Origin: Actinomycetota bacterium | GTDB taxonomy: Bacteria; Actinomycetota; Actinomycetes; JAKEEW01 | Length of the DNA stretch: 39,611 bases | Direction: 5' to 3' | Assembly: GCA_046725875.1 (NCBI GenBank) | Contig: JBKOZJ010000152.1 | Span: 1 to 39,611 of the forward strand | In this document: positions 18,650 through 27,738 of the stretch, piece by piece | Layout: each line of letters opens with the position of its first letter | Position numbering within the stretch: position 1 is the first letter of the stretch | Position numbers and translations under genes: made by a program | The notes under the pieces: model-generated | Told to the model about the DNA's origin: nothing | The model's database searches: none | Seen by the model: only the letters and a program-made list of their open reading frames with translations

Positions 18650-20290
18650 CTAGCCGCACCGGGTTTTGTTAAAGGCGGCGTCGACGATTTCGCCGATGTC
18701 GTCCGAAATGACCAGCTGGAACGGCCCGGGGTCTGGGAGCACTATGTCGATGCTGTCCTTGCCCGGCCCGCTCTGGATACAGGCGTCGCCGGGGGCGACT
18801 TGCCAATACGGGGACCAGCGCAGGTGCAGCTCGTAGCGTCCAGGCGCGCCGACCTGTCCGACGACTTGGTCGTGGCCGAGTTCGGTGATACGGGCGGGCC
18901 CTGGCCCGGTCAACAGCCGCGTCGCACGCGGGACTTCGTACACGACCACAGTGGACGTGCGCAGCACCGGGACGAGGCCGGCTCCCGGCGATCGTACGAG
19001 GGCGGACTCGCGCGACCCGGTATACGCGTCCAGGCGGGCGTTTGGCAGCACAACGAAGCGGACGGCGTTGCGGTCGAGCCAGGCTCGGTACTGCTCCGGA
19101 GGCGTGCCCGAGTTGTAGAGGAGGTCGTTGCGTTCGGTGTCGGTCTGGCGATACCAACCGCGGACGATCGGAATGCCCGCCTTCGGCAGCCAATAGGCCT
19201 CCCAGTGACTCTCCGTCGCGACGACCTCGACGAGGTGGTCGGGCGTGTTGTGTACGCGCAGGAAGTCGATGGCCGGCTGCCAGAACTCGGCTTGTGCAGG
19301 CCCCGAATCAAGCGATCGGGCGGTCATGTTCACCGCGTAAGGGACAACGTTGTAGAGCGCGGCCACGGTGAGGCCGACCGCGGCCAACCATCGCGGCCGC
19401 CAGCCGGCGAGCAGCACGGTCACGAGCATCAAGGGAAAAACGACATAACGCAGCCTGGTGACCGTCTCGCCGAACGGCGAAGGCGCGAAGAAAAGGACCA
19501 CGCTGGCGGCGAGCCACAGCGCGAAGAACACCGCGAGCAACCGCGCCCGCGGTGCGCGCCAGGCGAGCGCAACACCGCAACCCGCGACCGTGGTGACGGC
19601 AAAGAGACTCCAGCTTCCGAACGGGTAGCGGCCCTCACTGCCCAGCCAAGCGATCGCGGTCGAGCCCAGCCCGACCAGGAGTGCGATGCCGACGCCAACC
19701 GCGATGGTGGTCCGGGTGATATGCCGGCGCCCGATGGGGACCGCAGCGAGGGCAAGGACCAGGAATCCAAAGGCAAGCGGGCTCAGCCCGACCGTGACAA
19801 CGGCAAGCGGCAACACCGCCCACCACCTGCTGCGCTGTGCCGCCAGCAACGCCCCGAGGCCACTGGCCAGCCCCAAGCCGTAGGAAAACGTGCCGGTGAT
19901 CAGGGGACCTGCCGCGGCGACCCCGAACGCCCGCGCCGGCCACACGGCGATCCGCCCCCACTCGCGAAGTGCGAGTACGGCAAAGCAGGCCGCGGCGACG
20001 AGGATCCCGGCGACGGTGAGCGCAGTATTGCCGACGAGTGCAGCAACCGGATAGTAGAGCACGCTGTACGTGAGGATCGGGTAGTTACCGCGATACCAGA
20101 AGTTGTCCCAAACGAAGATGTGGTTGTCGACCAGGTAAATCCGGTAGAGATGAGCCGCGGCGTCGCCGGCCGGCGGGGCGAAGACCAGGATGAGCGCGGC
20201 CACGACCGAGGTTAGGGCGAGGACCTTCGCCACTTCGGCGCGGGTGGACAAGGGATGTCCGCGACCTTCGGACAAGACCGCACTCGTCAC
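18650..20290 (-). CDS. Polytopic membrane protein, probable GT-C glycosyltransferase
   Basis: About 10-11 TM segments; first loop GDAAAH...WDNFWYRG..YS; soluble C-terminal domain HWEA, RGWYRQTD, RWSPYW. Confidence 0.65.
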   Translation of the reverse strand: MTSAVLSEGRGHPLSTRAEVAKVLALTSVVAALILVFAPPAGDAAAHLYRIYLVDNHIFVWDNFWYRGNYPILTYSVLYYPVAALVGNTALTVAGILVAAACFAVLALREWGRIAVWPARAFGVAAAGPLITGTFSYGLGLASGLGALLAAQRSRWWAVLPLAVVTVGLSPLAFGFLVLALAAVPIGRRHITRTTIAVGVGIALLVGLGSTAIAWLGSEGRYPFGSWSLFAVTTVAGCGVALAWRAPRARLLAVFFALWLAASVVLFFAPSPFGETVTRLRYVVFPLMLVTVLLAGWRPRWLAAVGLTVAALYNVVPYAVNMTARSLDSGPAQAEFWQPAIDFLRVHNTPDHLVEVVATESHWEAYWLPKAGIPIVRGWYRQTDTERNDLLYNSGTPPEQYRAWLDRNAVRFVVLPNARLDAYTGSRESALVRSPGAGLVPVLRTSTVVVYEVPRATRLLTGPGPARITELGHDQVVGQVGAPGRYELHLRWSPYWQVAPGDACIQSGPGKDSIDIVLPDPGPFQLVISDDIGEIVDAAFNKTRCG

Positions 20291-20478
20291 CCTGCCAGCT
20301 TGCCCGGCGCGTCAAGGAGTGGCGTGCTCTCCCGCCCGCCATCCGCACAAGAACGGGTGGGGCTAGCGGACGATCAACGAATGCGGGCCGACCAGATGTA
20401 TCTGGGGCCCGTCTCGGTTCTCTTACCTACAAGACGGCGATACGGCCGATCGATCTTCGGCAGCGAAGGGGGGACGAG

Positions 20479-21600
20479 ATGGCCGGTCTGCTCGACGCCG
20501 ACCTCGTACTCGAGGGTGGAGGCGTGAAGGGAATCGCCCTGGCCGGGGCGATCTCCGTACTCGACGAGCGCGGATACAAGTTCCACAAAGTCGCGGGCAC
20601 CTCCGCGGGCTCGATCGTGGGAGCGTTGGTCGCCGCTGGCACGCCGGTCAAGCGACTGCGGGACATGATGCGGGCGGTCGACTATTCGAGGTTTCAGGAC
20701 CCGCCACTGCTCGGGCGGTTGGGCCTTCCCGGTGTGGCCGCTCAGGTTGTCCTGCACAAGGGCTGGTGTCGTGGGGACTACGTGCGCTCGTGGCTAAGCG
20801 AGATGCTCCAGGAACAGAAGGTCAGAACCTTCGCTGACCTGCGGATGGACGATCCGGGGACCGACACTGCGATCCGTGACACCCAGGGTCGCAACTACCG
20901 GTTCGTCGCGATGGCCTCCGATCTCACGCATGGGCGGCTCGCCCGCCTGCCCTGGGACTATCCGCGCCGCTTCCTGGTGGATCCCGATCAGACGCCGGTC
21001 GTCGATGCCGTCCGAGCCTCGATGGCCATCCCGTTCGTCTTCATCCCCGCGCGTTGTCCCGATCACATTGCGGGCGGAACGGCCTGGATGGTGGATGGCG
21101 GCATGCTGTCCAACTTCCCGGTGGACGTGTTCGACCGGACCGATGGCGCCGAACCGAGGTGGCCGACCTTCGGCATCAAGCTGTCGGCTCGTCCCGGCGA
21201 GGCGAGGCTCAACGAGGTCCGCGGAGTCGTCAGCCTCTCCAAGGCGATGCTGTCGACGATGACCGGCTTCTACGACCGCATGCACATCGACCGTACCGAC
21301 GTCGTCGCTCGAACGATCTTTGTCGACACGTTCGGTGTCAAGGCGACCGACTTTCAGTTGTCCAAGGGCACGGCCGAGAGACTTTTCGAATCCGGCCGGA
21401 TGGCCGCAACGACCTTCCTCGACGGCGACGACGACCACCCGAAATGGGACTTCGAGCAGTACAAGCGAACGTGGCGATCCTCGTCAGCCGCATCCCTGCC
21501 GATATCTCGCGAGTACCTTCGATCACGGACAGGGCGAGAGGTGTTCACCAACCGCACCCAAAGCGGGCTGCCGGCACACGAGTCAGGCATTGGGCGCTGA
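20479..21600 (+). CDS. Patatin-like phospholipase
   Basis: LEGGGVKG, GTSAG (catalytic Ser), ASMAIP, VDGG (catalytic Asp). Confidence 0.93.
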   Translation: MAGLLDADLVLEGGGVKGIALAGAISVLDERGYKFHKVAGTSAGSIVGALVAAGTPVKRLRDMMRAVDYSRFQDPPLLGRLGLPGVAAQVVLHKGWCRGDYVRSWLSEMLQEQKVRTFADLRMDDPGTDTAIRDTQGRNYRFVAMASDLTHGRLARLPWDYPRRFLVDPDQTPVVDAVRASMAIPFVFIPARCPDHIAGGTAWMVDGGMLSNFPVDVFDRTDGAEPRWPTFGIKLSARPGEARLNEVRGVVSLSKAMLSTMTGFYDRMHIDRTDVVARTIFVDTFGVKATDFQLSKGTAERLFESGRMAATTFLDGDDDHPKWDFEQYKRTWRSSSAASLPISREYLRSRTGREVFTNRTQSGLPAHESGIGR

Positions 21601-21851
21601 ACAGCAGCTCCGAGTCTGATCGCATCGCCGACTTCTCGGTGTTCTTGACTCTTCGGCAGGGGCAGAGGAAACTCGGCACCGCAATAACAAAGGGGGAGAC
21701 CGGCTCTCGGCGGGGGCAATGTCAGCAGTCGGTCCGCTGCACAACGAAGCTAACGGCGCTGCTCGCTTCGCAGGGAAGCGGCGCCGCTGCCGGCGCGCCT
21801 CCGCCGAGATTCCGCCCGGATATCGCCGGGGAGTCTCGAGAGGAGCAGATC

Positions 21852-22310
21852 ATGCGCAAGCTTGCGATAGCAATTGGCCTCGTCGTGACTGTGCTGACGG
21901 TCACGGCCGCAGGGACGCCGCCGTCGACCGTCAGCGGAACCGAGACGATCACGAGTGCGAGTGAAACGGTCGTCCGAACAGCCGATGGCAACACCATTGT
22001 CGCGAATACCGCGATGGGAACCATCACCGGAAGCTTCACCGGAACATTCACGGTGGAATATACGACGATCGTGCATTCCTGGGGAGCGGCGAATGTTGTG
22101 CACGGAACGTACACGTGCTCCTGTTCGATCGAGGGCCGGTCTGGCACGGTCACATTCCGGTTCGAGGGCACAGGTTCAGCGTCCGGCTTGGAGCTCCACG
22201 CTGAGACGATCGGCGCAACCGGAGGTCTCGCGGGCCTGCACTCGAATCTGACGGTCAACGTCGTCGGGACGGCCGTTACCTACTGGGGGACCGCCAACTT
22301 CGCTCCCTAA
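21852..22310 (+). CDS. Secreted all-beta protein (DUF3224/AOC-barrel-like)
   Basis: GAGGAG RBS; signal peptide MRKLAIAIGLVVTVLTVTAA; SIEGRSGTVTFRFEG and GATGGLAGLH motifs. Confidence 0.7.
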   Translation: MRKLAIAIGLVVTVLTVTAAGTPPSTVSGTETITSASETVVRTADGNTIVANTAMGTITGSFTGTFTVEYTTIVHSWGAANVVHGTYTCSCSIEGRSGTVTFRFEGTGSASGLELHAETIGATGGLAGLHSNLTVNVVGTAVTYWGTANFAP

Positions 22311-22484
22311 TGCTGTTGCGATGCGAGACGCCCCCCCCGGCGGACAGGCACCAGTGCGCACAGGCGCTCGCGGCAGACTCTGGACAACGCTCGGCCGATG
22401 CTCACGCGCCGTGACGGGAGATTATGCTCTTGGGAGCCGCCAACCTAGCGCGCCTGGTTGCGGTTCCCCGAATGGAGGATGCAA

Positions 22485-22913
22485 ATGCCTTTGACCCAGT
22501 CCGCGGTTGGAGCGCTGCTGGACAGTCGGTCCGAGGCAATTTGGATAAAAGACATTGATAGACTCATGTCGTTTTATTCTTCTGACATTGTCTATTTCGA
22601 CATCGTACCTCCGCTACAGTACGTTGGATCTGCTGCGCTCCGGGGTAGGTTCTTGCATTGGTTCGGCGGCTTCGACGGCCCGATCGGTCAGGAAGTCCGC
22701 GACCTGAATCTTTCGGCGAGTGGAGACACCACGGTTGCATATATGCTTATCCGAGCAAGCGGAACTCTGAAGAATGGCACCGAGGTCGGACGGTGGGTAC
22801 GCGCGACCTCTTGCTTCCAACGGACAAATCAGAGTTGGTTGATTACGCACGAACATGTCTCAGTTCCCGTTGATCTGGTGAGCGGGAGTGCGGTCACAGA
22901 CCTTGGGCCATAA
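22485..22913 (+). CDS. SnoaL/NTF2-like (YybH-type) protein
   Basis: KDIDRLMSFYSSDIVYFDIVPPLQYVG...WVRATSCF...WLITHEHVSVP. GGAGG RBS; visibly more AT-rich than its flanks. Confidence 0.88.
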   Translation: MPLTQSAVGALLDSRSEAIWIKDIDRLMSFYSSDIVYFDIVPPLQYVGSAALRGRFLHWFGGFDGPIGQEVRDLNLSASGDTTVAYMLIRASGTLKNGTEVGRWVRATSCFQRTNQSWLITHEHVSVPVDLVSGSAVTDLGP

Positions 22914-22974
22914 CCTAACTTCCTCAAGGATTCACGATCTGCGAATAGCTCCGCTGGTCCATCTCACCTTGCCG

Positions 22975-23235
22975 CTACGTGGCCAGTGGTCCGGCCCGGT
23001 TGATGAGCGAAATGAGCGTGGCCGTCTCGGCATCAGACAGCAGCCGGGCGAGCATCACAAGTAGGGCACCCTCCGCAACGTTGTCTGGCTGGCCCACCGC
23101 CGAAACCATCGCGGCATAGCGATCTTGCGCAGGTAGGTCACCACGCAGCTGCGACATAGGCTCGCCCATGGGCCGGACCTCGCTTCCGGTCTGGGGCCGG
23201 CCGTCGAGGGGCAGATCTCGCGGCCGGTCCGCCAC
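22975..23235 (-). CDS. Small hypothetical protein, possibly a mobile-element remnant
   Basis: 86-aa ORF with a helical C-terminus (LLVMLARLLSDAETATLISLINRA); no recognisable family. Confidence 0.35.
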   Translation of the reverse strand: MADRPRDLPLDGRPQTGSEVRPMGEPMSQLRGDLPAQDRYAAMVSAVGQPDNVAEGALLVMLARLLSDAETATLISLINRAGPLAT

Positions 23236-23387
23236 TCATGATCAGGCCGACGCTACGTGATCACGGCGGACTAGGGAAGCATGCCTGCACTGGCTTCTGA
23301 AGTCGGAGCGAGGTCTCGATAGGTCTAGGATCTTGCCCGCCCCACCAGCCACAGCTCGAGAAAGGTACTCCGACCAGGGCAAATAGC

Positions 23388-23433
23388 GGAGCCGACGCCG
23401 GGATTCGAACCGGGAACCGCCCGATTACGAGTC
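23388..23433 (-). pseudogene. 3' half of tRNA-Thr(CGT), probable att-site duplication
   Basis: Minus strand GA-CTCGTAA-TCGGG-CGGTT-CCCGG-TTCGAAT-CCCGG-CGTCGGC-TCC. No D-arm or 5' acceptor strand upstream. Confidence 0.85.
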
Positions 23434-23513
23434 TTTCTTGGGCCCTGCGGGGCCGGGGTTGGTGGCCGGTCCGGTGCTACCCTGACAAACTGCTCCTGTC
23501 CCCAAGGTTCGCC

Positions 23514-24905
23514 ATGACCTCCGCGTTGCACGGCACCCACCGAGCCGCGCGCGACCACTGCTTGGCGCCCAGCCGCGTGGACGCACCCACCGGGGGCGCA
23601 CGCTACGGCCGGATGTTTCCTGACCTGCCGCCGCTGCGCATCGATTCCGACCAGCTCGTACGTGCCGGAGAGGCGGGCGGCATCTGCGACGCGAGCGCGG
23701 CGCTCGCCAGCCTTGCCCGAGACGGCGACGACGGGCGCGAGGCGGCCGGCTGGCCGTTCTTCGGGCAGCTCATCGCCCACGACATCACCGCCGACCGGTC
23801 ACCAGTGGGAGCCGAGACGGACATTGCCGCGCTGCGCAATGCCCGATCGCCGAAGCTCAACTTGGAGATGGTCTATGGCGACGGCCCAATCGGGATGCCG
23901 TACCTCCACGATCTCGACGACCCGTCGAAGCTGCTCATCGGGGCCGGCGGTGATCTGCCACGGAACAGCCAGGGCGTGGCGCTCATCGGGGATCCGCGCA
24001 ACGACGTGCACCTGTTTGCCGCGTCCCTTCACGTTGAGTTGCTGCGGGCCCACAACGGGCTCGTCGATCGGCTCCGCGAGGACGGTGTCGGTGACAGCGA
24101 GCTGTACGACGAGGCGCGGCGTGCACTCACTTGGCACTACCAGTCGGTCGTCGTCCATGACTTCCTCCCCCGGCTCGTCGGCCCCGACCCCGTCGACGCC
24201 GTGCTGCAGCACGGCGGACGGTGGTACGCCCCCGCCGCCGGCGAAGCGTTCATCCCTCTGGAGTTCGCCGATGCCGCCTTCCGCTACGGTCACGGGCAGA
24301 TCCGGGACAGCTACCGGCTTACCGGTGACGGCCCGGCCTACCCGCTGTTTCCCGACCTCGTGGGCTTCGGCCCGATCTCCAACGATCATCGGCTCGACTG
24401 GGCCCAAGTGTTCGACTTCCCGGGTCGGTTGCCGGCGCAACGGGCGAAGCGTCTCGACGGCCGGCTGCCGGCGAGCCTGATCGGCCTTCCGCATCAGATA
24501 ACCGGAGACGGCGATCCCGCCGCGTACCGGTCACTTGCCGTACGCGACCTGCTGCGCGGCGAGGCGACCGCACTGCCGTCCGGCGAGCAGGTCGCCGAGC
24601 TTCTCGGCGTTCAGGCCCTCAGCCGGGCACAGGTCGGCCCGGACTGGCCGGGCGGCACGCCACTATGGCTCTACACGTTGAAGGAAGCCGAGCACCTTGC
24701 AAACGGTGACCGGCTCGGTCCGGTGGGCGGCCGGATCGTCGGCGAGGTGATCCTCGGGTTGCTGCGCGCGGACCCGGCCTCCTACCTCGCAGCCGACCCG
24801 AGCTGGCGGCCGACGCTGCCCCACGCCGGCCCGGTGTTCGGCCTGGCCGACCTGCTCGCGTTCACTACGCACCGCGGTACGCCCCTGGACACGGACGCAC
24901 CCTGA
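23514..24905 (+). CDS. Heme peroxidase, peroxidase-cyclooxygenase superfamily (short, no signal peptide)
   Basis: FFGQLIAHDIT (distal Gln/His), GDPRND (distal Arg), AFRYGH (proximal His), SLAVRDLLRG, TPLWLY.L.EA, LGPVGGRIVGEV. Confidence 0.9.
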   Translation: MTSALHGTHRAARDHCLAPSRVDAPTGGARYGRMFPDLPPLRIDSDQLVRAGEAGGICDASAALASLARDGDDGREAAGWPFFGQLIAHDITADRSPVGAETDIAALRNARSPKLNLEMVYGDGPIGMPYLHDLDDPSKLLIGAGGDLPRNSQGVALIGDPRNDVHLFAASLHVELLRAHNGLVDRLREDGVGDSELYDEARRALTWHYQSVVVHDFLPRLVGPDPVDAVLQHGGRWYAPAAGEAFIPLEFADAAFRYGHGQIRDSYRLTGDGPAYPLFPDLVGFGPISNDHRLDWAQVFDFPGRLPAQRAKRLDGRLPASLIGLPHQITGDGDPAAYRSLAVRDLLRGEATALPSGEQVAELLGVQALSRAQVGPDWPGGTPLWLYTLKEAEHLANGDRLGPVGGRIVGEVILGLLRADPASYLAADPSWRPTLPHAGPVFGLADLLAFTTHRGTPLDTDAP

Positions 24906-24943
24906 CCACTTGACCGCGAACCGGCTCGGCGCTTAGTGAGGAT

Positions 24944-25345
24944 TCACACGGTGGCGCGGTTCCCCGAGCGCGTAGTCGCTGTCAGCAGCGCGCCAGCGGC
25001 CGCGGAGCCGGCGGCCGTCACGGCGAACAGCCAACGTCGGCGCTCGGGGAAGTTGCGCCAGTTGAGGATCAGGAAGACGAGGTCCAGCCCGTCGACCAGC
25101 GCTGTCATCCCGAGCCATGCCCGGGGATGGGCCGCACGGTGTAGCCCGAGCAGAGATCCCAGTCCGAGGGCGATGTCGCGGCCGCCGACGTTTCGTACCA
25201 GCAAGTCTTGGGCGGGCCGTCCAGCATCCTGTACGGCCAGTGCGCGTCCGACCGCATCGGGGGTCAGAACCGCCACACAGCCCAAGGCCAGGCGCGCCAG
25301 CGCGGACCATCGAGCCAGCCGCGTGCGGAGGTCTTCCTCGCGCAT
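24944..25345 (-). CDS. DUF4267-like small membrane protein
   Basis: RLALG...RNVGGRDIALGLG...VDGLD; GGAGG RBS precedes ATG 25345. Confidence 0.7.
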   Translation of the reverse strand: MREEDLRTRLARWSALARLALGCVAVLTPDAVGRALAVQDAGRPAQDLLVRNVGGRDIALGLGSLLGLHRAAHPRAWLGMTALVDGLDLVFLILNWRNFPERRRWLFAVTAAGSAAAGALLTATTRSGNRATV

Positions 25346-25533
25346 CTCTTTATCCTCCGATCCATGACGCGTGCGACGTTGCTGTCCCTCTGTAGCCGTT
25401 GCCCGGTTTGGTCCGCACATACCGATGCCAATACTGGCCCGATGGTCTTGACGGGTTGCGTTCCGACGCGAAGGCTGAGAGCACTGACGGCCTCACGACT
25501 CCGCATCCTCGCCCTGCTCGTGTCGAGAGGGGT

Positions 25534-25662
25534 TTCGTACCACTCCTCGGTTCCGGACAGTGGCTCCTTCCGACAGTGGGCGACCGTCCACTCACCGATC
25601 AGGAAGTCGAGCCCGCTGGTCCGCTTCTCCAGGCCATCGATGGTTCGTGGACCAGGGGTCAT
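25534..25662 (-). pseudogene. Truncated DUF1579-like gene (N-terminal part only)
   Basis: AGGAGA RBS; LDFLIGEWTVAH.RKEPLSGTEEWYE matches the family N-terminus, after which similarity stops. Confidence 0.65.
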
Positions 25663-25690
25663 CTGGTTTCTCCTGAACGGTGACGGTGGA

Positions 25691-26449
25691 TCAGGTGACA
25701 GGGCGCGGGTGCCGGGAACCAGGTGTCGGACGCAGCTCCAGGTCTTGGACGGTGGTTCGGCGACGGATCACGGGCGCCAGCTCGGTGGTCCATTCAGGGG
25801 AGGTGTGCAGTCGGTCGAAAGCGTGTTGTCGCGCTTCTGGGTCGGGGAAGGAAGCGGACCATACGAATGCGTTGTCCGCGCGGATCGGCAGCTTGGGGAA
25901 CCCGTTCGGTCCCGGATGGGAGCGCCACGTCGCTACGGAGGTGTCCAGCACCTGTTCGAGGATGCGATGAAACCGGGTGCTCAGCCAGGCCTCGAGCTCG
26001 AGGTCAGCCGGATAGACGTAGACCGACACATGAACCTGGTCCTGGCCGGGCCGAGGATCAGTTGACGTGGCGGGCTCCTGCGTCTGGTGCGCGGGACTGG
26101 TCGACCGGAGGAGGAGGACGTCGTTGCTGTCGATCATCGTGCCGTTGGCTACGTCGCTGTGCTTCTCCCATACCGGGCCGAAGTAGAAGCTCTCCAGCGC
26201 CGCGACCCGCTGCTCGAGGTCGGTAAAGCCTCGGAACCAGACGAACCGGTCCGGGTCGTTCTCGTCGAGGTAGAGGCCACCGATTCGGATGCCCGCTTGC
26301 TCCTGGCCCTCGATGAAATGGTCCTCGAAGACACGCACGAGCGTGTCCCGCGCCCCGGGGTGCAGCGTGTACTGCCGAAGTTCGACGACCTCGGCAGCCG
26401 AGAACCTCAGACTGTCAGCGCCGACGCTGTCGGTCATCACCCTCGCCAT
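25691..26449 (-). CDS. NIPSNAP family protein (two-domain)
   Basis: VVELRQYTLHPGARDTL...FVWFRGF...ALESFYFGPVW..H...ANGTMIDSNDVLLLR. Confidence 0.88.
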   Translation of the reverse strand: MARVMTDSVGADSLRFSAAEVVELRQYTLHPGARDTLVRVFEDHFIEGQEQAGIRIGGLYLDENDPDRFVWFRGFTDLEQRVAALESFYFGPVWEKHSDVANGTMIDSNDVLLLRSTSPAHQTQEPATSTDPRPGQDQVHVSVYVYPADLELEAWLSTRFHRILEQVLDTSVATWRSHPGPNGFPKLPIRADNAFVWSASFPDPEARQHAFDRLHTSPEWTTELAPVIRRRTTVQDLELRPTPGSRHPRPVT

Positions 26450-26453
26450 GTCC

Positions 26454-26470
26454 GTAACAGGTTTTGTTAC
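26454..26470. promoter_or_regulatory. Probable Rrf2 operator
   Basis: GTAACA-N5-TGTTAC inverted repeat between the divergent NIPSNAP and Rrf2 genes. Confidence 0.7.
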
Positions 26471-26540
26471 ACACTAGTATGGGTGTCAGTCGTCGGCAAT
26501 CGGCGGACACGCCTCGGGCGGGAGCGGGAGGAGGGCGGTC

Positions 26541-27008
26541 GTGAGCAGCAACGCTCAGCTGACGACCGCGGTGCACGCCCTGTGCTGGCTCGAGCTGGCA
26601 TCCCGGCGCGGCCGGGCCGCGCTAACGTCGGCAGAGATCGCGTCGAGTCTCGCGAACAACCCTGTGCAGATCAGGCAGTCGTTGGCCCCATTGCGGCGGG
26701 CCGGCCTGGTCCACGTCGTTGGCCATGGTCCCGGCGCCGGGTGGTCGCTGGGCAGGCCAGCTGAGACCATCACGCTCCAGCACATCAGCGCCGCACTCGG
26801 GGAAGAAGGCCCGTTTGGCCTCCATCCTCGCGATCCGAACCAGGAGTGCCCGGTGGGCTCCGGGATCCGTCCGGTATTGGAAGACATCTACGCCGAGGTC
26901 CAAGCGGCGATAGCCCAGCAGTTGAATCGCCGGACGGTCGCCGACGTCCTGGACACCATCCTTTCCGAAAACACAAGCCGCTCGGCTGGCGCGACCGGCC
27001 CAGTGTGA
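26541..27008 (+). CDS. Rrf2-family regulator (YwnA/HypR/SifR-like, no Fe-S Cys triad)
   Basis: LTTAVHAL...TSAEIASSLANNPV.IR...GW.L.RP.E.ITL...PNQECPVGSGI. Confidence 0.9.
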   Translation: MSSNAQLTTAVHALCWLELASRRGRAALTSAEIASSLANNPVQIRQSLAPLRRAGLVHVVGHGPGAGWSLGRPAETITLQHISAALGEEGPFGLHPRDPNQECPVGSGIRPVLEDIYAEVQAAIAQQLNRRTVADVLDTILSENTSRSAGATGPV

Positions 27009-27165
27009 GCTCCTCACCAGCGACGGGATGTGGCGGAACTCGACAATGGCAGCCTGAACTGGGGCGCATTCGCACAGTCGCGGCGTTCGCATCTTCTTAA
27101 CCGGGTCGACCACATGCCAGGGCCGAGTCTTTAAACAGGTTGGATCGAGACCACAGGGGGTCGAC

Positions 27166-27738
27166 GTGTCTGCATCAGTGCTCTACATGTCGATGTCACT
27201 CGACGGGTACATCGCCGATCCCAATGACAAGCTCGGCGGCGGCGATGGCAACCGGCTGCACGAATGGTTCGTTACCCCGGACGGGGAGTTCTTCCGGCCG
27301 TCCGGGCCGGCCGGAGAGTTGGTGGACGAATGGAATGCGACCGGCGCGGTCCTCGTGGGACGCCGGCTTGCCGAGCTCATCGATCACTGGGGCGGTAATC
27401 ATCACGGCGTCCCGATCTTTGTCGTCAGCCATCGGCCACCGGGTCCCTCGGTCGCCAACTATCCGCTGGTGACGTATGTGACCGATGGAATCGCCAGCGC
27501 GATGACACAGGCGAAGGCCGCCGCCGGGGACCAGAACGTGCTGGTGCATGGCGCGTACACGGCCCAACGGGCGCTGGAGGCCGGGATGCTGGACGAGTTG
27601 CAGATCCATCAGATCCCGGTGCTGCTCGGCCGTGGCCGACGGCTGTTCGATGAGTTGGCGTCGCGCGTCGAGTTGGAGATCGTTCGGGTGATCGACACGC
27701 CGGAGGCCACCCACATTCGCTACCGCGTCCGTCGCTGA
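27166..27738 (+). CDS. Dihydrofolate reductase-like (RibD C-terminal) protein
   Basis: MSMSLDGYIA, VGRR, AKAAAGDQNV, LDELQIHQIPVLLGRGRRLF. Confidence 0.9.
   Translation: MSASVLYMSMSLDGYIADPNDKLGGGDGNRLHEWFVTPDGEFFRPSGPAGELVDEWNATGAVLVGRRLAELIDHWGGNHHGVPIFVVSHRPPGPSVANYPLVTYVTDGIASAMTQAKAAAGDQNVLVHGAYTAQRALEAGMLDELQIHQIPVLLGRGRRLFDELASRVELEIVRVIDTPEATHIRYRVRR

Noticed and set aside
16939..20215. Long plus-strand ORFs (577 aa and 471 aa)
   Set aside because: Antisense shadows spanning well-supported minus-strand genes; Arg/Gly-rich composition with no recognisable domain.
20479..21600. Patatin as a CBASS CapV effector
   Set aside because: No CD-NTase or other defence gene nearby.
21054..21851. 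N-terminal extension of the 418-aa ORF
   Set aside because: Overlaps patatin out of frame; the RBS and signal peptide place the start at 21852.
23388..23465. Intact tRNA-Thr gene
   Set aside because: No 5' GCCGACG acceptor strand or D-arm; the anticodon stem pairs for only 2 bp.
20479..24905. Oxylipin pathway (patatin + AOC-like barrel + peroxidase-cyclooxygenase)
   Set aside because: The peroxidase lacks the dioxygenase Tyr (AFRYGH, not YxWH), and the genes are split by the tRNA scar and differ in composition.
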